Source of the DNA: Hyphomicrobiales bacterium
Lineage (GTDB): Bacteria > Pseudomonadota > Alphaproteobacteria > Rhizobiales > Beijerinckiaceae
DNA length: 32,516 bases
Assembly (NCBI GenBank): GCA_003164825.1
Contig: PLUH01000177.1
Coordinates: 12,231-44,746, forward strand
Direction: 5' to 3'
The translations under genes were made by a program, and so were the position numbers. Position 1 is the stretch's first letter, and each line of letters begins with the position of its first letter. Below the pieces are notes generated by a model. That model was given only the letters and a program-made list of their open reading frames with translations. It ran no database searches and was not told where the DNA came from. Of this stretch, positions 28,695 through 32,516 are shown piece by piece.

Positions 28695-29813
28695 CTATAC
28701 GCGATATTTCCGGATCGTGTCCGCGTCGAGCTCCAACCCGAATCCGGCTCCGGAGGGCACCTCATAATATCCGTCTTTGAGTTCAGATCGATTGGCGACA
28801 AGCCGATGGAACATCGGGTCGCGATCAGGGTGAAAGGATTCGAGGTAAGTACCGTTCGAAATCGCGGCGAGCAGGTGGGCGGAAATCTGCGGTTCTTCGT
28901 GATGCCCCATCTCGATGGCGAACGACGCCGCCAAGGCCGCAACGCGCCGCCACTCCGTCGGCCCGCCGCTCCAGCTGGCGTCGAAATTGCAGACGTCGAT
29001 CGCGCCCGACATCATGAGGTCTCGACAACCAGAACGGGAGATTTCGCTCTGGCCGGCGCAGATCGGAATGCCGGTTTGGCTGCGCGCCGCCGCCATGTCG
29101 AGGCGGTCGTTCTCCCAGCGCACCGGCTCTTCAAACCAGCGAATATTGAGGTCGGCCGCGAGTCGGGAAAATTCGACCGCCTGTCGCAATGTCCAGGCCT
29201 GGTTGGCGTCTACGACAAGGACAAAATCTTTGCCGACCGCCTCGCGCGCGACCCGCACGCGTTCGGCATCCTCAGCTGGAGTCCGCCCTCCGACTTTGAA
29301 TTTGCAGCCTGCATGACCCTGAAGTTTGATCTGCTCCATCTCGCGTCCGAAGTCGGCGAGCGTCTTGCCTTCCTCGTAGTAGCCGGCGATGCAGATGGAC
29401 GGGAGTCGATCGCTATAGCCGCCCCAAAGCTTGTAAAGCGGCGCGTCGAGCGCCTTGCCGACCGCGTCCCAAAGCGCACTGTCAACACAGGCTTGCGCGC
29501 ACATCGCGAGTTTCCGGTCTCGCAGGATGTTGGTGCTCGGCTTGCGCATGAGCTCCCAGCAGCCCTCGATGTTAAAAGCGTCCTTTCCGATCAGCAGAGG
29601 CTGGATCTCGTCGAGGATGATCTTGACAACCTCGCCCTGGGTTTCGAATTCGTCGCCGTTGTAGATTTCGCCGATGATCCCCGCCGAGGTGTAAACCTTC
29701 GTAATGATCGTGCAGCGATGGGTCATGAAGTAGTTGCTGCCACGAAACGTACGCGGAAGCGGCATGCTGAGCGGCACGCATTCGATGCGTTCAATCTTCA
29801 ACTTCGGCGCCAT
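28695..29813 (-). CDS. Enolase-superfamily enzyme, mandelate racemase subgroup
   Basis: VDSALWDAVGK, KFKVG, VDANQ, WFEEP, AGQSE, NFDAS, GHHE, GAGFG. Confidence 0.92.
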   Translation of the reverse strand: MAPKLKIERIECVPLSMPLPRTFRGSNYFMTHRCTIITKVYTSAGIIGEIYNGDEFETQGEVVKIILDEIQPLLIGKDAFNIEGCWELMRKPSTNILRDRKLAMCAQACVDSALWDAVGKALDAPLYKLWGGYSDRLPSICIAGYYEEGKTLADFGREMEQIKLQGHAGCKFKVGGRTPAEDAERVRVAREAVGKDFVLVVDANQAWTLRQAVEFSRLAADLNIRWFEEPVRWENDRLDMAAARSQTGIPICAGQSEISRSGCRDLMMSGAIDVCNFDASWSGGPTEWRRVAALAASFAIEMGHHEEPQISAHLLAAISNGTYLESFHPDRDPMFHRLVANRSELKDGYYEVPSGAGFGLELDADTIRKYRV

Positions 29814-29841
29814 CGCATGCCCAACCGCGGGAGTGAGAGGA

Positions 29842-29871
29842 ACGCTATTGCGGCGCGCCCGACAGCGTCAA
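29842..29871 (-). promoter_or_regulatory. Putative sigma70 promoter for the enolase-E1/E2 operon
   Basis: Minus-strand TTGACG-N18-TAGCGT about 30 nt upstream of the ATG, within a 142-nt divergent gap. Confidence 0.4.
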
Positions 29872-29955
29872 GCTTGCGGCAGGATGTTCAAGGCGCGCGG
29901 CATACCGTAGCATGGGAGACCCAAACACGGACTATCGAGCGAAGGCGGGAGCGGA

Positions 29956-31002
29956 ATGTCTCGGAAGGCGCGCATCGGTGTGATTGGCGCCGGTTGGTGG
30001 GCGGCGGTCAACCATTTGCCGGTGCTGAGAGCGAACGAGGATTGCGAGATCGTCGCGGTCAACCGCCTTGGGGCGCCGGAACTCGCCGAGCTGCAACGCA
30101 AATTCGAGGTCCCTCTCGGCTTCGAGGATTATCGCGCCATGCTGGACCAGGTCCCGATGGACGGCGTGGTGATCTCGTCGCCTCACGTGCTGCATCACGA
30201 GCACGCTATCGCTGCACTGGCGAAAGGCTGCCACCTGCTGGTGGAAAAGCCGTTGACAACCACAGCCGCCGATGCCCGAGACCTGATGGCCAAAGCGGAT
30301 GCCGCGGGCAAACAGGTGATCGTGCCCTACGGTTGGAACTTCAAGGACTGGACCGACGAGGCGCGGGCCCTGGTCGCGGATGGACGGATCGGCCGCGTCG
30401 AGCACGTTGTGCTGCAAATGGCCTCCGCGCTGGAAGACCTCTTCGCCGGCCACCCAATGAAGGAGACCGAGGGACACATGTTCCGTCCCCCACCTTCGAC
30501 GTGGGCCGATCCGAAGCGGGCGGGCGGCTATGGCTGGGGTCAGCTCGTACACGCGCTCGGACTATTGTTCCGGATCGCAGATCTCGAGCCAACGCGCGTA
30601 TTCGCCCTCACCGGCAAGTCGCCGACCGGCGTCGATTATTACGATGCTGCCGTCGTGCAGTTCGCCAATGGAGCGACCGCCTCCGTCTCGGGGTCGGCCA
30701 CGACGCCCAAGCACCGTGGAAACCAGATCGATCTGCGCGTGTTCGGTTCGGAAGGCGTTCTTGTGCTCGACATCGAACGTGAGCGCCTGGAGGTGTGGCG
30801 CCGCAACGGAAGGGATATCGTCGTCGAAATGACCAAGGGCGCGGGAGCCTACGCGTGCGAAAAGCCGTTGAACGTCCTCGTCGATATCTGTCTTGGCAGG
30901 CAGGTCGTGAACCAGTCGCCGGGCATAGTGGGCATGCGCGCCGTCGAGGTTCTCGACGCACTCTATCGTTCGGCGCATTCGGGGCGCCTTGAAGAGGTGT
31001 AG
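29956..31002 (+). CDS. Gfo/Idh/MocA family oxidoreductase
   Basis: IGVIGAGWW, ISSPHVLH, LVEKP, GRIG, GGY..GQLVH, VFGSEG, ALYRSA..G. Confidence 0.93.
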   Translation: MSRKARIGVIGAGWWAAVNHLPVLRANEDCEIVAVNRLGAPELAELQRKFEVPLGFEDYRAMLDQVPMDGVVISSPHVLHHEHAIAALAKGCHLLVEKPLTTTAADARDLMAKADAAGKQVIVPYGWNFKDWTDEARALVADGRIGRVEHVVLQMASALEDLFAGHPMKETEGHMFRPPPSTWADPKRAGGYGWGQLVHALGLLFRIADLEPTRVFALTGKSPTGVDYYDAAVVQFANGATASVSGSATTPKHRGNQIDLRVFGSEGVLVLDIERERLEVWRRNGRDIVVEMTKGAGAYACEKPLNVLVDICLGRQVVNQSPGIVGMRAVEVLDALYRSAHSGRLEEV

Positions 31003-31034
31003 CTCGGGCGGGAGAATTTCGCCGTGGAGGGGGA

Positions 31035-31829
31035 ATGACCGGAAAAGACCTGCGTCGCGGCGGTCTCGCTCGTCTCACCGTCGAAGACATCGTGGCGCCG
31101 GGATTCTCGACGCCCTGGGATGCGCCGACGATCCCTCCGTTCCCTTTTACCTTCCGCAATGTAGAGGTGCTGACGCTCGCGTGGCGAACCAGCGAGGCGG
31201 CCGTCGCACGAGTTTTGCCGCCGCCGCTCGAGCCGACCTCCGACGTCGTGCTCGCCCACGTTTACCGCATGAACGATGTCGATTGGCTCGGCGCCTATGG
31301 CGAGAGCAACGTCTCGGTCGGCTGCAGGCTGCCCGGCGCAGACATCGCCGGCTCCTATTCGCCGTATCTCTTTCTGTCGTCGGATGTTGGCGTCGCGCAT
31401 GGCCGGGAGGTGCACGGCCAGCCGAAGAAGCTCGGCGAGCCCTTGCTCGAAATTCGCGGCGATCTCACGGTCGGCATCGTCAGGCGCAACGGGATCGACG
31501 TGCTGACCGGAACCATGGCGACGAAGCAACGGCCGGACAGCCTCGAAGGACTGACGCGGCACTTCGATTTCGCCCTCAACATCAATTTGAAGGCGGTCGA
31601 CCACATCGATGGCCGTCCAGCGATCCGGCAATTGACCGCGCGCCGACTGGCGGACGTCAGCGTGCACGAATGCTGGGGTGGACCTTGCACCGTCGAATTG
31701 CGCCCGAACGCTCAGGCCCCCATTCATCGCCTTCCGGTCGTCGACATGCTCGACGGCCTTTACTGGCGCGCCGACTTCACGCTTGTCCCGGGGCGCATTA
31801 TTCACGACTATCTCGCTGCGAAGGCCTGA
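31035..31829 (+). CDS. Acetoacetate decarboxylase (ADC) family protein
   Basis: P.IPPFP..FRN, VLPPPLEP, YGES, GREVHGQPKKLG (Schiff-base Lys pair), ADFTL..G.IIHDYL; GGAGGGG RBS. Confidence 0.9.
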   Translation: MTGKDLRRGGLARLTVEDIVAPGFSTPWDAPTIPPFPFTFRNVEVLTLAWRTSEAAVARVLPPPLEPTSDVVLAHVYRMNDVDWLGAYGESNVSVGCRLPGADIAGSYSPYLFLSSDVGVAHGREVHGQPKKLGEPLLEIRGDLTVGIVRRNGIDVLTGTMATKQRPDSLEGLTRHFDFALNINLKAVDHIDGRPAIRQLTARRLADVSVHECWGGPCTVELRPNAQAPIHRLPVVDMLDGLYWRADFTLVPGRIIHDYLAAKA

Positions 31830-32046
31830 AAGGGCCTTGCGCCCGCTCGCCGCTGCTGGCGATGGCGATCAACTGGGAGCGAATTGCCTTTGCGCCTCCA
31901 TCTCTTCACGCCCGACGCGCAATATCCCGACGACCGGTCGAGACAGCTATGATGTACTTAAGGGGCGCTCGGCAATCTCGTGAACGGTCCCGTTCTGACG
32001 GCCACGAGGCGCTAAAACAAAGCTGTTACAGGGAGATTGGACGCCC

Positions 32047-32516
32047 GTGAATCCTTTCGAGATGAGAGAGCTCGGAAAGAGCGGTGTACGGCTCACGAAG
32101 CTGGGTTTCGGCAGCGCGCCATTAGGCGAGCTCTTCGTTCGAGTCGACGAACCAACGGCGGCCGCCACGCTGAAAGCGGCTTGGGACGCCGGTATTCGTT
32201 ATTACGACACGGCCCCCTATTACGGCCGGGGTCTGGCCGAGATTCGTTGCGGCCGCTTTCTCGACCTGAAGCCGCGGTCCGAATTCGTTCTCTCGACCAA
32301 AGTGGGACGCTGGTTCTTTCCGCCGGCCAAGCCGGACGCGTTCCAATCTGAACCATGGGCAGGCGGACTCCGCTTCGATCACGTGCACGACTACAGCTAC
32401 GACGGGATCATGCGGTCCTACGAACAGTCGCAGATGCGGCTCGGCATGAACCGAATCGACCTCCTGCTCATTCACGATCTCGACTTCTGGTTCCACCTGA
32501 CCGAAGCCAAGGTCTC
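32047..32516 (+). CDS. Aldo/keto reductase, D-threo-aldose (L-fucose) 1-dehydrogenase/pyridoxal dehydrogenase-like; 3' end runs off the window
   Basis: Not in the ORF track. Manual translation from GTG 32047 (GGGAG RBS) gives ...LGFGSAPLGELF...GIRYYDTAPYYGRGLAE...LSTKVGR...DYSYDGIMRSYEQS..RLG..RIDLLLIHD, with the D/Y/K/H tetrad. Confidence 0.92.
   Translation, partial: MNPFEMRELGKSGVRLTKLGFGSAPLGELFVRVDEPTAAATLKAAWDAGIRYYDTAPYYGRGLAEIRCGRFLDLKPRSEFVLSTKVGRWFFPPAKPDAFQSEPWAGGLRFDHVHDYSYDGIMRSYEQSQMRLGMNRIDLLLIHDLDFWFHLTEAKV

Noticed and set aside
28605-30782. 725-aa plus-strand ORF spanning the divergent promoter
   Set aside because: It is antisense to the enolase gene and out of frame with the Gfo/Idh/MocA gene, and its sequence is low-complexity and Arg-rich.
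6946-32516. Vitamin B6 degradation or mycofactocin cluster, suggested by GMC, AKR and SDR genes
   Set aside because: There is no ring-cleaving flavin monooxygenase or aminotransferase, and no radical SAM or precursor peptide gene.
1-32516. CRISPR arrays, tandem repeats, IS elements, integrases, tRNA or rRNA genes, riboswitches, frameshifted pseudogenes
   Set aside because: None seen. Intergenic gaps are 300 nt or less, and all complete genes look full-length with intact frames.

Overview
GC-rich bacterial DNA, probably alphaproteobacterial (Rhizobiales-like; this is a guess from composition and gene content). The whole window is a densely packed carbohydrate or polyol uptake and catabolism island of about 32 genes, two of which are cut by the window ends and are missing from the ORF track. 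It holds four sugar-type (CUT2) ABC importers, five SDRs, a Gfo/Idh/MocA oxidoreductase, an aldo-keto reductase, a GMC flavoprotein, a RhaM-like mutarotase, two lactonase-type hydrolases and two mandelate-racemase-subgroup enolase-superfamily enzymes. It also holds EthD, VOC, ketopantoate-reductase-like and acetoacetate-decarboxylase-family proteins, and a TPP-dependent E1alpha/E1beta/E2 set without E3. I see no sugar kinase, classical aldolase, FAH hydrolase, transcription regulator, mobile element, RNA gene or CRISPR array. The best candidate for something new is an uncharacterised non-phosphorylative sugar-acid pathway in which an ADC-family Schiff-base enzyme and an acetoin-dehydrogenase-like complex do the C-C cleavage; several enzymes also carry non-canonical active-site residues. 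Family calls come from motif recognition only. All substrate assignments are inference.
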